Part shown: positions 8,701-18,541 of the stretch, one piece after another
Layout of the letters: the number at the start of each line of letters is the position of its first letter
Numbering within the stretch: position 1 is the first letter of the stretch
IMG/VR virus record: IMGVR_UViG_3300047290_000055
Coordinates: 1-32,112 of that record
Direction: 5' to 3' (one strand)
DNA from: a virus
Taxonomy: Duplodnaviria > Caudoviricetes
Length of the DNA stretch: 32,112 nucleotides
The notes under the pieces: generated by a model
Database searches by the model: none
What the model saw: only the letters and a program-made list of their open reading frames with translations
What the model was told of the DNA's origin: nothing
Position numbers and translations under genes: made by a program

Positions 8701-11700
8701 AAAAGAATCTGTTTACGGCGATAAGCAACAACCTTATTATGCTTTACTACTGCATCAGTATCCCTAAAGTTAGTCAAAACATAGTCAACAAAGTCGTCAA
8801 TCAATTTGTCATCACTTACTTGTCCGCCACGTTGTGCACGTAAGGCTTTCAAGAAAGCATCAAACTTAGGACTACCAGTTTCAATTGCGCCACCATGAAC
8901 AATTCTGTCCCATTCAGCATCTGTGAATGTAACACCACCGGGCATATTTTCCGCCCGCATCTTGCTCAAATCAACATGCACAAGACTGTGTGCACGGTTT
9001 GCATTGTTCTCCGTTGCTCTTGCAATCGGCATCTGGTCGCTGTTGCGATAATTTGCAATTATCACATCAAGCTCCTGAGATGTGGGCGAAATCAATTCAC
9101 CAGTTCTGGCATCAACAACCTTTCCGCCCTCGTCTAAAGAACGAGGTGCGGCAAGAATACTTTCGTCCACAGAAGAGTCAACACTTCCCGGCCCAACCCT
9201 AAAGTAATCCTCTGGGTTATTCAAAACATAAGTTGACTGTTTGCGCATACGCACAAGACGCAACATTTCATCAGACATTGCATCAATACTCGAATTGAAC
9301 TCACTGAAGAAAATTGTCTTCGTAGAATCCAATTCCCTGAGCATTGCATCCTCAACAATGCTTTTTATCACAAATTTCTGTTCTTTATAAATTTTACTTT
9401 CAGGACTATAGTTGTTAAGAATAAAACGAGTTCTATCAAGCTGTGTTGCCATCTCGTCAATAAAACTGTTCCAGTTATCTTCAATCGCTCTTGCGGCGAT
9501 TGGGTCTTGGCTAAGTCGTGCAGCATCACCAATCTGTTTTGCTATTTCGTACATCTCTGTAACTAAATCATCAAACAAAATACTGCTGTCATTAGCAACA
9601 TTGTTTGAAATATTGAACAACTCACCAGACTCAATAAACTTGAATGCCTTTTCAAATCTCTCGGATATAAAGTCCCAGCGTGACTGCAATTCACCAGCAT
9701 TTTTTATGCTGTTTCTTGCATTCGTGATAAACTCAATACGGCTATCAACGTAAGCAAGAACTTGCTTGTTTTCTTCCACAGCCTTGAGCCATTGTGCTCT
9801 TTGGCTATCAGACAAAGTTTTTAGGAAGTCTGCTTTCTTCTTTGCCAAAGTCCTTTCAGCAACCTTTTTGGTTGCCTCAGGAATTGGTTTTCCATCAATA
9901 TATTTACCTTCCCTAACATTAAAACCGTGTAGTTCCATCATGTCTGCAAATATCTGACGCTGACGTTCAATCAAACGATGAGTCCCCAATGGACCAGTAC
10001 CACCATCTCTGCCAAATTTTGCAGAAGTCAAATAATCAAACCTGCGTTGGTCTCCGTTTCGCAAAGCTTTAAGGGCGTAATCTCTTGCTTCTCGTTGTAC
10101 AATTTCGTCCACAACATCGTCGCCAATTTGAATCCCAAATGGCGCATACATTTCCTGCCACTTATAAATAGTCGATAATGCTCTTTGCTGAATTAGCAAA
10201 TCTTCAAAAGGGGCTACATCTCCTGCCCTAAGTGATTTTATCGCTGATTTCCACTGGTTGAATGTTCCATTTGGATTTGTCGTATCAACAATTCCAAAAT
10301 CGTATGGATTCTTTCGCCTGCGCTCTGCAATTTTGAAATTAGTTTTTGCATCATCCAAAAAACCACGAACTAATTCTTCTCCTCCACCAGCAAGTTTTTC
10401 ATTCTCAACGATGAGAGCCTGTAACCAACGAGCAACATGATGCCCTTTGCCGCCTGTCATAATTTCTTTACTAAAAACTTCCAACTGGTCAATATCCATT
10501 TGAGCAACATCATCAAGGAATGAGTTAATATCATCAATTGTCAAACGTTTAACACCATCAATTGCTGATTGCGTCCAACCACCATACTCTGGGTCTCTAA
10601 ATTGGTATGGATTATCTGGACCCCAACCCCTAGTCCAAATACGAGCACTTGTGTTTTCATCTGGTTGACCAAGCTCATTTATAATCTTTGCAAATATGTC
10701 GTACTGCTGTGCAGCACCATACTGACCAACATTATTCAACCCCGGAAACACATCGGATACAAGTGATGAAAACTCAACGTCACGTGATAGAACACTCAGT
10801 TCTTCTGCATACTTTCCGTATGCTTCAAAAAGTTCAACAAACTTTGCCATTTTGGCTTCACCTTCACGCCAAGAAAGACGTGAAGTGTCTAATTCTTTAA
10901 CAAGTGATTTGAGTTTTTCAAAACTTTCAGATAACTTAACACTTCTTATTCCCTCAAAAAATAAGTTAAAACCACTTACACCATCACGGTTTTCAAGTTG
11001 CGAACCAATCTCGGTAAGAATCCTTTGGTACTCACCCTCCAGACCCTCTGCAACAGCAATCTGTTCATTCAAAGCTTTCAACAAATTGTCAAGTTCTGTG
11101 GCCGACATTGTGCCCTCACGCATTGCAATCAATGCAGTGTCCAATGAACCATGCTTTGCAATAAGTTCATTTCTCACACTCGTAAGCGAGTTGTCCAAAA
11201 ACAACGAGTGTTTACGGATTGCAGTTTCAAGAGCCCTAAACATTTGGTTAGGACGCTTTTTCATTATCTCATCTGCATACGTTGGCGAAATCTTCATCAA
11301 AGTTTCGCCAAAGTTAATGTAATCTGGATAATGCTTAGTCAGATATTCAAGAGTGTCATACCAACTCATTTGGTCTGAGTATTGCTGTAAATACTCTGCA
11401 AGAACCTTTGTCGTATCTGTTTCAAATATGTCAAAGTTAACCCTGCCACTAGCACGAGCTATTGCATTCAATGAGTCAATGTCCATGTTTGCACCGGGAC
11501 CAGACTTAATCATTGTGACACCAAACCACTTATCGCCCTCTTTGAGTTGGCGCTCATTGAACACCGTTCTACGGTCTGACTTTGGAATCTGATTTCTTGC
11601 AAGCGGTTCCATCGCATCGTCGCCATACAACATGGCGTCGAATGCGTCATTACCTTTCAACAATCTGTCTTGCTTTGCTGCCTCTGTTTCAATGTGTGGG

Positions 11701-13172
11701 AAATATCCTTCGTTGTATGGAACTGGAGTTCCTCCAACTTGCTGCGAACGTTTGGTCGCTCTCGCATGCAAATAATCCATAAAGTTTCTTATCTTTTGTG
11801 CGACCACAGCATTGGGGTCTCCAGCAACAATTTTTGCCTGCAACTCATCGTTGGTTACTTGGTCTAAATACCTGTAACCATTTTCAACTTCTGCAAACTC
11901 GTCAGCAATTGGAGCCATCTTTCCACTCTCTGAATCAAGGTGCACCACACGACGCAAACGACCAATGTCGTGTGCCTCCATAACCATCATTGCCTTATTG
12001 ATTTCATCTGCGCTAAGCAAAGAACCATCAGCCAAATTGACTCTGGCTTCTTTCAAGGTATTACGAATTACATCTTCGCCAGTTTTGTCGTCAATACCTT
12101 TTGTGCCAAAACGCATAATGCGACCAACACCACCACCAGTTGTTGCTGTTCGTATCGCCTTGCCAGCTTTTGTGGTCGACAAGAACAAACGCATTTCAGT
12201 TATTGCGTCCTCGCTCAAACGACCAATCGTTGTTGTTCCCGGAACTTTCAGTCGACTACCAAAGTAATAAATACCCGGTCCCCGAACGCCGATGGATTGT
12301 GCAAATCCTTCGGGAACGTTCGGGTGCTTGAAGAACACACGTTTACCATCAGAATGAACCTTGCCAGCAATTTCTGTAATCACATCATCAGTTAAATGCT
12401 TGTAACCCTCTTCACCTGCATCTCTAAGCGCAGTAAGACGTTTCTTTGTAAAACGTCCTAATGCTGCACGACCATCTCGTCCAATAACATTCTTTCCAAG
12501 AACACTACGAGCTCTGACCAAGACGTCACCATTCTCAAGAACTTCCTTGATAACCATCTTTTTTACAGCACCCTCTGCTGCCTCTTTGGCTAACATTTCT
12601 GCAAATTCTTTTGCCGTAAATTTGATAACACCCTTAACAGGAATTGCACCACCAAGTGTTGCCCAGTTAACTGGGTCGAATAACAAGTCACCAATCAAAC
12701 CAGTTGCACGACCAGCCCAACGTCCAAGCATTGTCTTGTTGCTAATTGGGAATGCTCGACCATAACCAAAACCTTTATCCAAAGTTTGTCGTTTCCAGTC
12801 AGAAAAAGATGCTTTTGTTTCTGGCTTCATGTCCCATGTGTCAGCAAACTCACGTGCTCCAGAAATGGTTGCTCGTTTAGCAATATCAAGAATGTCAACA
12901 GCACCAGCAAGTACACCGGCAATACCCTTAGGATTCTTGAACTGGTCCATAATGTCACTCAGTTCACCAGTGGCATAATATGGTTTAGCCTCAGGCTGAG
13001 GCAAAACAGTACCCGGTTTTCTATATGGATTATTATCCAACTGATTCAACAGATTTTGAACTTGTGTAGAATCACGTTTTACAATTGGTGCAACCTTCGA
13101 TTTAACAGGTTTAGCAGTTTTAGACTGCGTAACCTGTTTTAGAATGTTTAGAACATCGTCGTCAGATGCCAC
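5715..13172 (-). CDS. Very large (2485 aa) putative internal virion/DNA ejection protein
   Basis: Uninterrupted, largely helical-looking ORF after the nozzle and smaller Q/A-rich genes; GYFPH, PGFHVRN and FDY...FIPF motifs recalled from large podovirus virion proteins. Confidence 0.65.
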   Translation of the reverse strand: MASDDDVLNILKQVTQSKTAKPVKSKVAPIVKRDSTQVQNLLNQLDNNPYRKPGTVLPQPEAKPYYATGELSDIMDQFKNPKGIAGVLAGAVDILDIAKRATISGAREFADTWDMKPETKASFSDWKRQTLDKGFGYGRAFPISNKTMLGRWAGRATGLIGDLLFDPVNWATLGGAIPVKGVIKFTAKEFAEMLAKEAAEGAVKKMVIKEVLENGDVLVRARSVLGKNVIGRDGRAALGRFTKKRLTALRDAGEEGYKHLTDDVITEIAGKVHSDGKRVFFKHPNVPEGFAQSIGVRGPGIYYFGSRLKVPGTTTIGRLSEDAITEMRLFLSTTKAGKAIRTATTGGGVGRIMRFGTKGIDDKTGEDVIRNTLKEARVNLADGSLLSADEINKAMMVMEAHDIGRLRRVVHLDSESGKMAPIADEFAEVENGYRYLDQVTNDELQAKIVAGDPNAVVAQKIRNFMDYLHARATKRSQQVGGTPVPYNEGYFPHIETEAAKQDRLLKGNDAFDAMLYGDDAMEPLARNQIPKSDRRTVFNERQLKEGDKWFGVTMIKSGPGANMDIDSLNAIARASGRVNFDIFETDTTKVLAEYLQQYSDQMSWYDTLEYLTKHYPDYINFGETLMKISPTYADEIMKKRPNQMFRALETAIRKHSLFLDNSLTSVRNELIAKHGSLDTALIAMREGTMSATELDNLLKALNEQIAVAEGLEGEYQRILTEIGSQLENRDGVSGFNLFFEGIRSVKLSESFEKLKSLVKELDTSRLSWREGEAKMAKFVELFEAYGKYAEELSVLSRDVEFSSLVSDVFPGLNNVGQYGAAQQYDIFAKIINELGQPDENTSARIWTRGWGPDNPYQFRDPEYGGWTQSAIDGVKRLTIDDINSFLDDVAQMDIDQLEVFSKEIMTGGKGHHVARWLQALIVENEKLAGGGEELVRGFLDDAKTNFKIAERRRKNPYDFGIVDTTNPNGTFNQWKSAIKSLRAGDVAPFEDLLIQQRALSTIYKWQEMYAPFGIQIGDDVVDEIVQREARDYALKALRNGDQRRFDYLTSAKFGRDGGTGPLGTHRLIERQRQIFADMMELHGFNVREGKYIDGKPIPEATKKVAERTLAKKKADFLKTLSDSQRAQWLKAVEENKQVLAYVDSRIEFITNARNSIKNAGELQSRWDFISERFEKAFKFIESGELFNISNNVANDSSILFDDLVTEMYEIAKQIGDAARLSQDPIAARAIEDNWNSFIDEMATQLDRTRFILNNYSPESKIYKEQKFVIKSIVEDAMLRELDSTKTIFFSEFNSSIDAMSDEMLRLVRMRKQSTYVLNNPEDYFRVGPGSVDSSVDESILAAPRSLDEGGKVVDARTGELISPTSQELDVIIANYRNSDQMPIARATENNANRAHSLVHVDLSKMRAENMPGGVTFTDAEWDRIVHGGAIETGSPKFDAFLKALRAQRGGQVSDDKLIDDFVDYVLTNFRDTDAVVKHNKVVAYRRKQILLNWKKSEHYSWLQEYRTYEQRKFAKAFAANAADEVRQLDAASNAITFVRNATDEVAVDVPAFTAQRKNLLQHSFNKFISTMRKMEKTIQKPESRIAFVEEVSGDIQRVVEKRIKPIVQDVDEVAGEADDTIETLMNESLKPSEKKWKSGGVNEVESRTFLGREGVGKEVADYEALPITGLSGADETLIITNRETAKVVDSFLSGSNIEKSTQQLEKEIGILESMIENNLNTPWTTGKSKRALVRLRKAEIAKREGFVVTPAGSRPKTKWTYSSLPIDDFESAIEFVKRVVREEKLVLANKKHVERLKRLLETAAYKSEGNLTPDLENAVTAVTGRGQSQAEKMLKAVNSFIDSSLKPRNGKYNRSLTLKPEDIEYYTARLSEPDFDYQLNELAELDDLHSAVNWKKFSDTEMVAVPKDVAPVATDVPMDAAAKLQAQLEALGKGSTTDVERIGKEASNARAVADKLQAKYDVAQAAADGVDEDQVKYLQNRIEVLQRLIDGTEIDVRAGRGKQSTFDYSDGISLEYTKHQEAKRFLEYANSVLSLLGAKVNGEFDQMDAILRAQIASEAEVHLAVANLKSAQHDRLMLDGVQKMIDGGGRLLPDGRVQLSTGLIVDGVPTDAVVDAGKAIRTGWDSISKNFPDLYGSPEMIEMLDNAARFEDPEFVRKMAYFIGPYTKLFKAFAVLSPGFHVRNGLANAVQFALAGVEMDNATLGTRMYYRWMKASKEGKSWNEFILSLDEPMQEVMKTARNGSIGSGGGIYSEVMKEASGSRVMDWWLIRKNYALGQQSDNYSRFVLAFDSAMKGNDQFMAAARVKRFYFDYEDLSTLDKVMKQFIPFWLFYSRNLHTQITNMWLNPRPYHIYYNIKNNISDREQPNPPFVEEMGGFKLPFGDGLYMMPDFGFTRVQKELTDLTNPMKMIPKMNPLFVVPFEQITGRDSYTGKKFEGVDDRLLNALTSIAPPAQQFDKLITNDNPMSKLNAWLGYMGSPIRKYN

Positions 13173-14127
13173 GTTTCAACGCAGCCTTAAGGGTAGCGGC
13201 TTGAATTAGCGCATCCTTTAGTGGTGAACCACCACGTGCTTCTAGTTCTTTAATCATTGCATCACCAACCTTTTCGGCTTTAGACACTTTGCTAGAAGCA
13301 CTCTGTGGCTTCCTAGCAACCATTGACGCCAAGTACTTGGCGTAGTCTTCACGCATCTTGCTTGCACCTTCATCAAGAATAGGTGTTCCACCCATCTGTT
13401 CAAGTGCCCTCTGAGCCCTGTCTTTCTTTTGTCCAGCTTCGCTGACAAAAGGATTCAAAAACCTAACAGTCTTGCCCAATCCAGATTTGATTGAATCAAA
13501 TACAGAGTCATCTTTTTCTTTCAAAAATTGACGTGCAGCATTCTCATCCTGAATCTTCATCAACATCTTCAACTTTTCTTTAGGGTCAGTCACCATTTTT
13601 GGACCGTACATTGACTGAATCTCAGCCAACTTACCCTGTTCCCATTTATCTGCTTCGTCAAAACCTTCCATAATTTTGTCGAACGTCTTAGGTGAATACT
13701 TGTACATGTCTTCAAGCGTGTACTTAGCGTCTGCACGTGGAAGTCCCTGCTTCTCAAACGGGTCTTGTTCCAACGACTGTTCCATAATCTTGGACTTGAC
13801 CAACTGCTGTTCAGCAGCAATGCTGTCCAAGAACTTATTCCAGACACCCGGCTTAACCTTCTTTGGAACTTCGTCATACAGGTTCCAAGGGGCTTCACCA
13901 GCACGTATACGGGCTGCTGCAGCCGTATATGGGTCATCAGGGTTACCTGATGCCGCCAACAGGGTATTAGGTGCATAACGCTCCCACAGTTGATTCTCAT
14001 CAAATGTGGGCTTTGGCTGATAAGTTCCCATCAGGAACGACATAACAGGGTCCATAGTTGCACTGGAGAAATCTGACGATTTCCCAGCAATCATTGCCTG
14101 AATCAAAGCCATTGTCTGCGGGTCCAT
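13162..14127 (-). CDS. Putative internal virion protein
   Basis: Position in the ejection-protein block; helical, K/E/A-rich composition. Confidence 0.5.
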   Translation of the reverse strand: MDPQTMALIQAMIAGKSSDFSSATMDPVMSFLMGTYQPKPTFDENQLWERYAPNTLLAASGNPDDPYTAAAARIRAGEAPWNLYDEVPKKVKPGVWNKFLDSIAAEQQLVKSKIMEQSLEQDPFEKQGLPRADAKYTLEDMYKYSPKTFDKIMEGFDEADKWEQGKLAEIQSMYGPKMVTDPKEKLKMLMKIQDENAARQFLKEKDDSVFDSIKSGLGKTVRFLNPFVSEAGQKKDRAQRALEQMGGTPILDEGASKMREDYAKYLASMVARKPQSASSKVSKAEKVGDAMIKELEARGGSPLKDALIQAATLKAALKRGI

Positions 14128-14148
14128 ACCTTATACGCCTTTCGTTAC
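14128..14148 (-). promoter_or_regulatory. GTAAC start-associated motif
   Basis: GTAAC-GAAAGGCGTATAAGGT-ATG (16-nt spacer) with no clear SD. Confidence 0.6.
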
Positions 14149-15362
14149 TAGAAAGCTTTAGCCAAGGCTGGGAACTTCTTCTTCAGTTCGGCCACAGACG
14201 CTTTCGGGTTTTTAGCAATATAAGCAGGGGCAAACTGCTTCACAGCCTCTTTGAACGAGCCAGCCTCAGAAGCCAGTCTCGCAATCTGGTCAGCCTTGCT
14301 TTCAGAACCAGCCTCAGGTGCTTTATCGCCAATCGACTCAAGCAACTGTTCCTGCAAGGTTTGACCCTTGGTTGTCTTTGCCTGTTCCAACTCAAAACGC
14401 TGTTGATTGATTTGCCTAATTAGGTCATCAAGCTGACTCTGTTTTTGCTTGGCAGCCGCAGACTGATAAGCACCACGACCAGCAAGTAATTGCTGATTTG
14501 CAAAATTTCGAGCCATTGCTGCTTCATTAACCATTGACTTCTGATTTGCATCAGATGCTTTTCTCAATACGTCATACAACGTATTAAAACCAGCCGCACC
14601 TTGTGCGTTGTACTGATTTTCAAGTGCAACCTGTTGTGCAATTTCTGGCGTACTTATACCGTACGGTGAATACTGACCAGTAACATCCCCAACTGTGGGC
14701 GCAACAAATGATGCATTTGCATACGGATTGGTGTATTGACCAAGTGATTGCGTCAATGCATCATAACCCTGACCAGTCATTTGCGATGCTTGGTCATAAC
14801 CAGCAAGAATATCTGCAAGTGCAGTTTGATAGTTTGCATCAATCTGACCCTGACCAGTTTGTTGCATTGTATCCAACTGTGAACCAAGTTGAGTGTATGG
14901 ATTAGCCCATGCGTTTGAATCGTAGTAATTCTGCAATGCTGCATACTTTGCTTGCTGTTGCTTCTGCGCTTGAGCGGCAGAAGCAAGTTCATTCTGGTAC
15001 TTCAACCAGTTCAAAGCGTTAGAACTGGTACGTGGGTCATTTGACCCACCACCACTCATACCGCCAGCCCATGCGTTTGGATTCTCGATAACAATAGGTT
15101 GGTCTGTACCAGCATTTGGGTCTGTGTAATGCTTCAATGCATACGCATCACGTTCCGCCTGTGTTGCACCACCAGAATAAAATGGGTCTTTGTTAACAAG
15201 AGTAGTTCCCCATAGTTCGCCAGCCCGTTCACGACGGTCTGCGCCAGAACCATACTGACTGAGTGATGTATCTGGATTGAAAATCTGTGTCGGCCACATT
15301 GACACATTCGGTGTTGTTGCAACAACTTTACCTTGCTGGTTTGTTCCTCTATCTGCAGCCAT
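14148..15362 (-). CDS. Putative internal virion/ejection protein
   Basis: Q/A/N/G-rich and coiled-coil-like; position downstream of the nozzle gene. Confidence 0.55.
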   Translation of the reverse strand: MAADRGTNQQGKVVATTPNVSMWPTQIFNPDTSLSQYGSGADRRERAGELWGTTLVNKDPFYSGGATQAERDAYALKHYTDPNAGTDQPIVIENPNAWAGGMSGGGSNDPRTSSNALNWLKYQNELASAAQAQKQQQAKYAALQNYYDSNAWANPYTQLGSQLDTMQQTGQGQIDANYQTALADILAGYDQASQMTGQGYDALTQSLGQYTNPYANASFVAPTVGDVTGQYSPYGISTPEIAQQVALENQYNAQGAAGFNTLYDVLRKASDANQKSMVNEAAMARNFANQQLLAGRGAYQSAAAKQKQSQLDDLIRQINQQRFELEQAKTTKGQTLQEQLLESIGDKAPEAGSESKADQIARLASEAGSFKEAVKQFAPAYIAKNPKASVAELKKKFPALAKAF

Positions 15363-15363
15363 C

Positions 15364-15795
15364 TTACGCTCCCATTCTCATCTGCCATATAGCCATGGCA
15401 TCTTGGTTAATTTGATTGGCTTTCTCTCTTTCAATGTCAGCCAAATCTTGTTGGTATTGAGTACCACGTTGTGTGGTTTGCAAACCATATTGCTGATTTG
15501 TTTCATCCAAGCCACGTTGGTAATCAGCTGTATCCCTAACTTGTTTTTTACCAAAATCAATCATTGCTCTGCGAAATGCACCAGATTGAACCTGTGGACT
15601 CCTAAGTCCACGACGACCAAAACTAGAAACAATTTGTCGACGTTGTGGTTCAAATGATTCAGTCAAATCACGAAGTCCTCTAGCACCACGTTGATTAGAT
15701 ACAAAGTTTGCATAGTCAGATACACCTTGTTGTGCGGTGTAGTTATTCAACAAAGCACGACGCTGTGCTTCATACGTAGCTGGGTTATACGCCAT
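15364..15795 (-). CDS. Small putative internal virion protein
   Basis: Start MAYNPAT (ATG 15795, AAGGA upstream); Q/R-rich; SFGRRGLRS motif. Confidence 0.55.
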   Translation of the reverse strand: MAYNPATYEAQRRALLNNYTAQQGVSDYANFVSNQRGARGLRDLTESFEPQRRQIVSSFGRRGLRSPQVQSGAFRRAMIDFGKKQVRDTADYQRGLDETNQQYGLQTTQRGTQYQQDLADIEREKANQINQDAMAIWQMRMGA

Positions 15796-15955
15796 AGTAT
15801 TTTTCCTTCTTCTTAGGTGCTTGCGCATTGTTTTCCATAGAATCAATGCGCTTATTTAGCTTTTCTATTTCAAGAACCAAAGACATAACAATTTGACGAA
15901 TGACCGTAGCGTCAGTTGACCGTAACGCAGTTAGACCGGGAACAAGTATCTCCAT
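15785..15955 (-). CDS. Hypothetical 56-aa protein (MEILVPGLTALRSTDATVIRQIVMSLVLEIEKLNKRIDSME...YYGV), absent from the ORF track
   Basis: TAATG coupling to the nozzle gene stop; short coiled coil; fills the gap. Confidence 0.7.
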   Translation of the reverse strand: MEILVPGLTALRSTDATVIRQIVMSLVLEIEKLNKRIDSMENNAQAPKKKEKYYGV

Positions 15956-17574
15956 TAGCCAGTTATCTTTCTAGGATTGAACTTGTATGCAATACTGTCA
16001 ATACCCCAAGACAATCCATTAGGGCCAGTAAATAACAACTGGACAGAACGTGCCAAACCAAGATTCGAACCTCTCATGAGTTGTGCGCCTTCAGCCACAA
16101 CTCCCCAAGTGTCTTGACCCCACTGTCCAGAACCCCATTTCATTCCACGGCCAGATGCTGGCAATGTTAAGTTAAAACTTTTTCTTTCATTACCTAATGC
16201 TTCTTCAAAGTTGTGATAAACCTTAATGTTGATAACTCTCGATGTGTCTGCTTGTTTCACAACAATGTCTGGTCTGCGAAACATTTTCTTTTGTGAATAC
16301 GAACGACCATCAACCCAACCAGTTCGATAATAACTAGAAAAACTTTGTTGGCTTTCACCAATCAAATCTTTTTCTTCATCATAAACATCAACCTTTAATA
16401 CTCGTGGCAGTGTTGGGTGAATCATGTATGAAGCAGCAACCCCTCCTGTGGGCGTAAAATTGACTCCACCAATTGGTCCATAACCATCAGCTGTCTGATG
16501 TGCCACCCAACTTCCGTTACGGATTGTTGGGTCATAAACAAACGAAATAGTCGGCTCTGTAACAGCAGTTGTTTTTGAATATGGTAAAGAAACCCAAACA
16601 CGACGACCAATATAAGAAATACTAATTGCTGAATCAGCAGCATCATTTATGTATCCCAATGGATAAATTGGTTTAATATTCTCAAACAAATCAACCAAAC
16701 TTGTTCCATTGTAGTAATACAAACCGTTTGGATGAGAGTAAAAATACACTCCAGTTTCAGATGATGCAATCCAGTCATGTGAAGAACAACCCAATGTTGA
16801 AGTTAACTGCACGACTTGAAAGTCTGCAGTTTCATAACCATAAACAATATAAATTGCATTTGGTTTGAATACAACTAACTGTCCGGCCACAATTGCAAGA
16901 CCAGTTATTCCTTCTCCGCCACCTTCAAAATCAATTGAGTCATCTTGAAACCAGTCCTCTGGTAATGACTCATGCGACCAACGTAATCTGTTCGGAAATG
17001 CAACACCATTTTCAGTGGTATTTGCAACAAACAATTTGTTTGCATGAACAATTATATGTTGTGCAGTTGGAATTTTTCCACCAACAGGAGAACCATAAGC
17101 CTGCCAATCATGCGGATTTGTTCCAGAAGCTGTCAATGCAGTTGCATAAGTTGAACCAGTTGTCCACTTATAACCACCGTTACCAGCGGTCCCCATAACC
17201 ATGTATAGCGTGTTACCCCATTGGGCAAAACACGCACCATGTTCTTGTTGTGGAACAATAGGAAGACCAGCACCATATTCAAGAACTGTAAAGTTTCCAC
17301 CAGTTGACTTAAACACTCTGTTATTAGTTGTCAACATCAAATTAGGTGTAGTCCCATTAAAAGCGTAAAGCTTTTGCGGGTTCCATGTGGTCGCATAAGG
17401 TATTGCTGTTGAATTAATCTCACGCATTGCACCACGAGTAAACAAACCACCTCGTGGGTCAATCTCCACGTTCAACATGTCTGGTGACTCATTGCGAGCT
17501 AACTGGAATTGGTCTGCTCTTAGATTGAGACCACCAGTGAAGTCATCATAGCGTTCAACAACTACGTTGCTCAT
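15955..17574 (-). CDS. Tail nozzle/head-closure protein (T7 gp12/P22 gp10-like)
   Basis: N-terminal DFTGGLN...NV...GGLFTR, RLRWS motif and beta-rich repeats; follows the adaptor gene. Confidence 0.7.
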   Translation of the reverse strand: MSNVVVERYDDFTGGLNLRADQFQLARNESPDMLNVEIDPRGGLFTRGAMREINSTAIPYATTWNPQKLYAFNGTTPNLMLTTNNRVFKSTGGNFTVLEYGAGLPIVPQQEHGACFAQWGNTLYMVMGTAGNGGYKWTTGSTYATALTASGTNPHDWQAYGSPVGGKIPTAQHIIVHANKLFVANTTENGVAFPNRLRWSHESLPEDWFQDDSIDFEGGGEGITGLAIVAGQLVVFKPNAIYIVYGYETADFQVVQLTSTLGCSSHDWIASSETGVYFYSHPNGLYYYNGTSLVDLFENIKPIYPLGYINDAADSAISISYIGRRVWVSLPYSKTTAVTEPTISFVYDPTIRNGSWVAHQTADGYGPIGGVNFTPTGGVAASYMIHPTLPRVLKVDVYDEEKDLIGESQQSFSSYYRTGWVDGRSYSQKKMFRRPDIVVKQADTSRVINIKVYHNFEEALGNERKSFNLTLPASGRGMKWGSGQWGQDTWGVVAEGAQLMRGSNLGLARSVQLLFTGPNGLSWGIDSIAYKFNPRKITG

Positions 17575-18263
17575 TGTCCAAGCGTTCCACCAAGCGTCTG
17601 CAACCAGCGACGCATAGTTGGATACTGACGACCAGCAGACATAACAACCGGACGTGCACTTGATGCCTTCATCAAGTCACGTCGTGCAAGACCAACACCT
17701 TCCTCGAATGAACGTAAATACATTGCAGCAAGTTCTGCGTCTTCTTGACGCTGGTACACACGTGACAATACAAAGTATGGCAATAATGCGTGAAACCACT
17801 CATCAATGTCTATTTCGTCATCTGGTGAATCCAACCAATCGTAAGTTGGATTACGATAAACACGAACAGTAATTGGATAAGCATCGTCTGGTTTAGGCCA
17901 GAAATGAATCTTATCTTCCCAGATAGAAAAGAAATATGGACGACTTGGAGTGTCCATATTTCCAAGCCAAATCTCCTCTGCATCGTCATAAGCAATCAAT
18001 GTCATTCTGCTACCAGAAAGACTTGTGTCGACCACAGAGATGATTTCTCGAATATCCCCAATGTTTTCAATCACATAAGAGCGGGTTCCAGCAACAGTTG
18101 TCAAAGTAAAGCTTTTTTGTAACCAAGGCCAACGCCGTTCCAGCGTGTAAATGCGCTGAAACGCTTCACGGGCAAACTGGTCTACGACCGAGTTTGGCAA
18201 GTCTGCTTCATCTAAATCAACCATGGCTCGCACTTGGTCACGAAGTTGATTTAGTGTAATCAT
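17571..18263 (-). CDS. Head-tail adaptor (tail tubular protein A-like)
   Basis: TLNQLRDQVR N-terminus, WPWL, GTRSY, FWPKPD and helical C-terminus; position after the capsid gene. Confidence 0.7.
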   Translation of the reverse strand: MITLNQLRDQVRAMVDLDEADLPNSVVDQFAREAFQRIYTLERRWPWLQKSFTLTTVAGTRSYVIENIGDIREIISVVDTSLSGSRMTLIAYDDAEEIWLGNMDTPSRPYFFSIWEDKIHFWPKPDDAYPITVRVYRNPTYDWLDSPDDEIDIDEWFHALLPYFVLSRVYQRQEDAELAAMYLRSFEEGVGLARRDLMKASSARPVVMSAGRQYPTMRRWLQTLGGTLGQ

Positions 18264-18472
18264 TTAGCAGCTCCTTGACTTCTTAGATGGCCTACACAAA
18301 AGTCTGTCCCTTTTGCCTTTGGCCCCTCACAAGTGTCTTCATTTGCAATACATCTATTGCGACCTATATACGGTCCACTTGCGGTAGCAATTTTTGCTCC
18401 ATCAGTCGGAGCAAGACGGATACCAGATACTGGTTGTCCGTAATAAGAGTGAGCAGGTACAGCGTTTTTCAT
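18260..18472 (-). CDS. Small Cys/His (probable Zn-binding) hypothetical protein
   Basis: C-x6-C-x10-C-x2-H pattern (CIANEDTC...FCVGH); ATGA overlap with the adaptor start. Confidence 0.6.
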   Translation of the reverse strand: MKNAVPAHSYYGQPVSGIRLAPTDGAKIATASGPYIGRNRCIANEDTCEGPKAKGTDFCVGHLRSQGAAK

Positions 18473-18495
18473 ATACAACTAACCCACTTTGTTAC
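18473..18495 (-). promoter_or_regulatory. GTAAC start-associated motif
   Basis: GTAAC-AAAGTGGGTTAGTTGTAT-ATG (18-nt spacer), directly after a terminator-like hairpin. Confidence 0.55.
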
Positions 18496-18529
18496 ATAAA
18501 CCCCACCAGAGGAAGTCTGATGGGGTTAT
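18496..18529 (-). terminator. Probable intrinsic terminator
   Basis: On the - strand, AACCCCATCAGA-CTTCC-TCTGGTGGGGTT followed by TATGT, just after the stop at 18542; weak U-tract. Confidence 0.6.
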
Positions 18530-18541
18530 GCAGTGTTTTAG

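Noticed and set aside
5808-13142. Many 60-190 aa ORFs antisense or out of frame within the giant gene, and similar ones elsewhere in the track
   Set aside because: Shadow ORFs with no convincing RBS, coupling or protein-like motifs.
5715-13172. Virion RNA polymerase or tape measure protein
   Set aside because: No polymerase catalytic motifs recognised, and no tail tube or tail chaperone genes to support a long tail.
15901-15937. Imperfect tandem repeat TGACCGTA(G/A)CG(T)CAGT containing GTAACG on the + strand
   Set aside because: Only about two copies, inside a coding ORF, and antisense to local genes with no start at the expected spacing.
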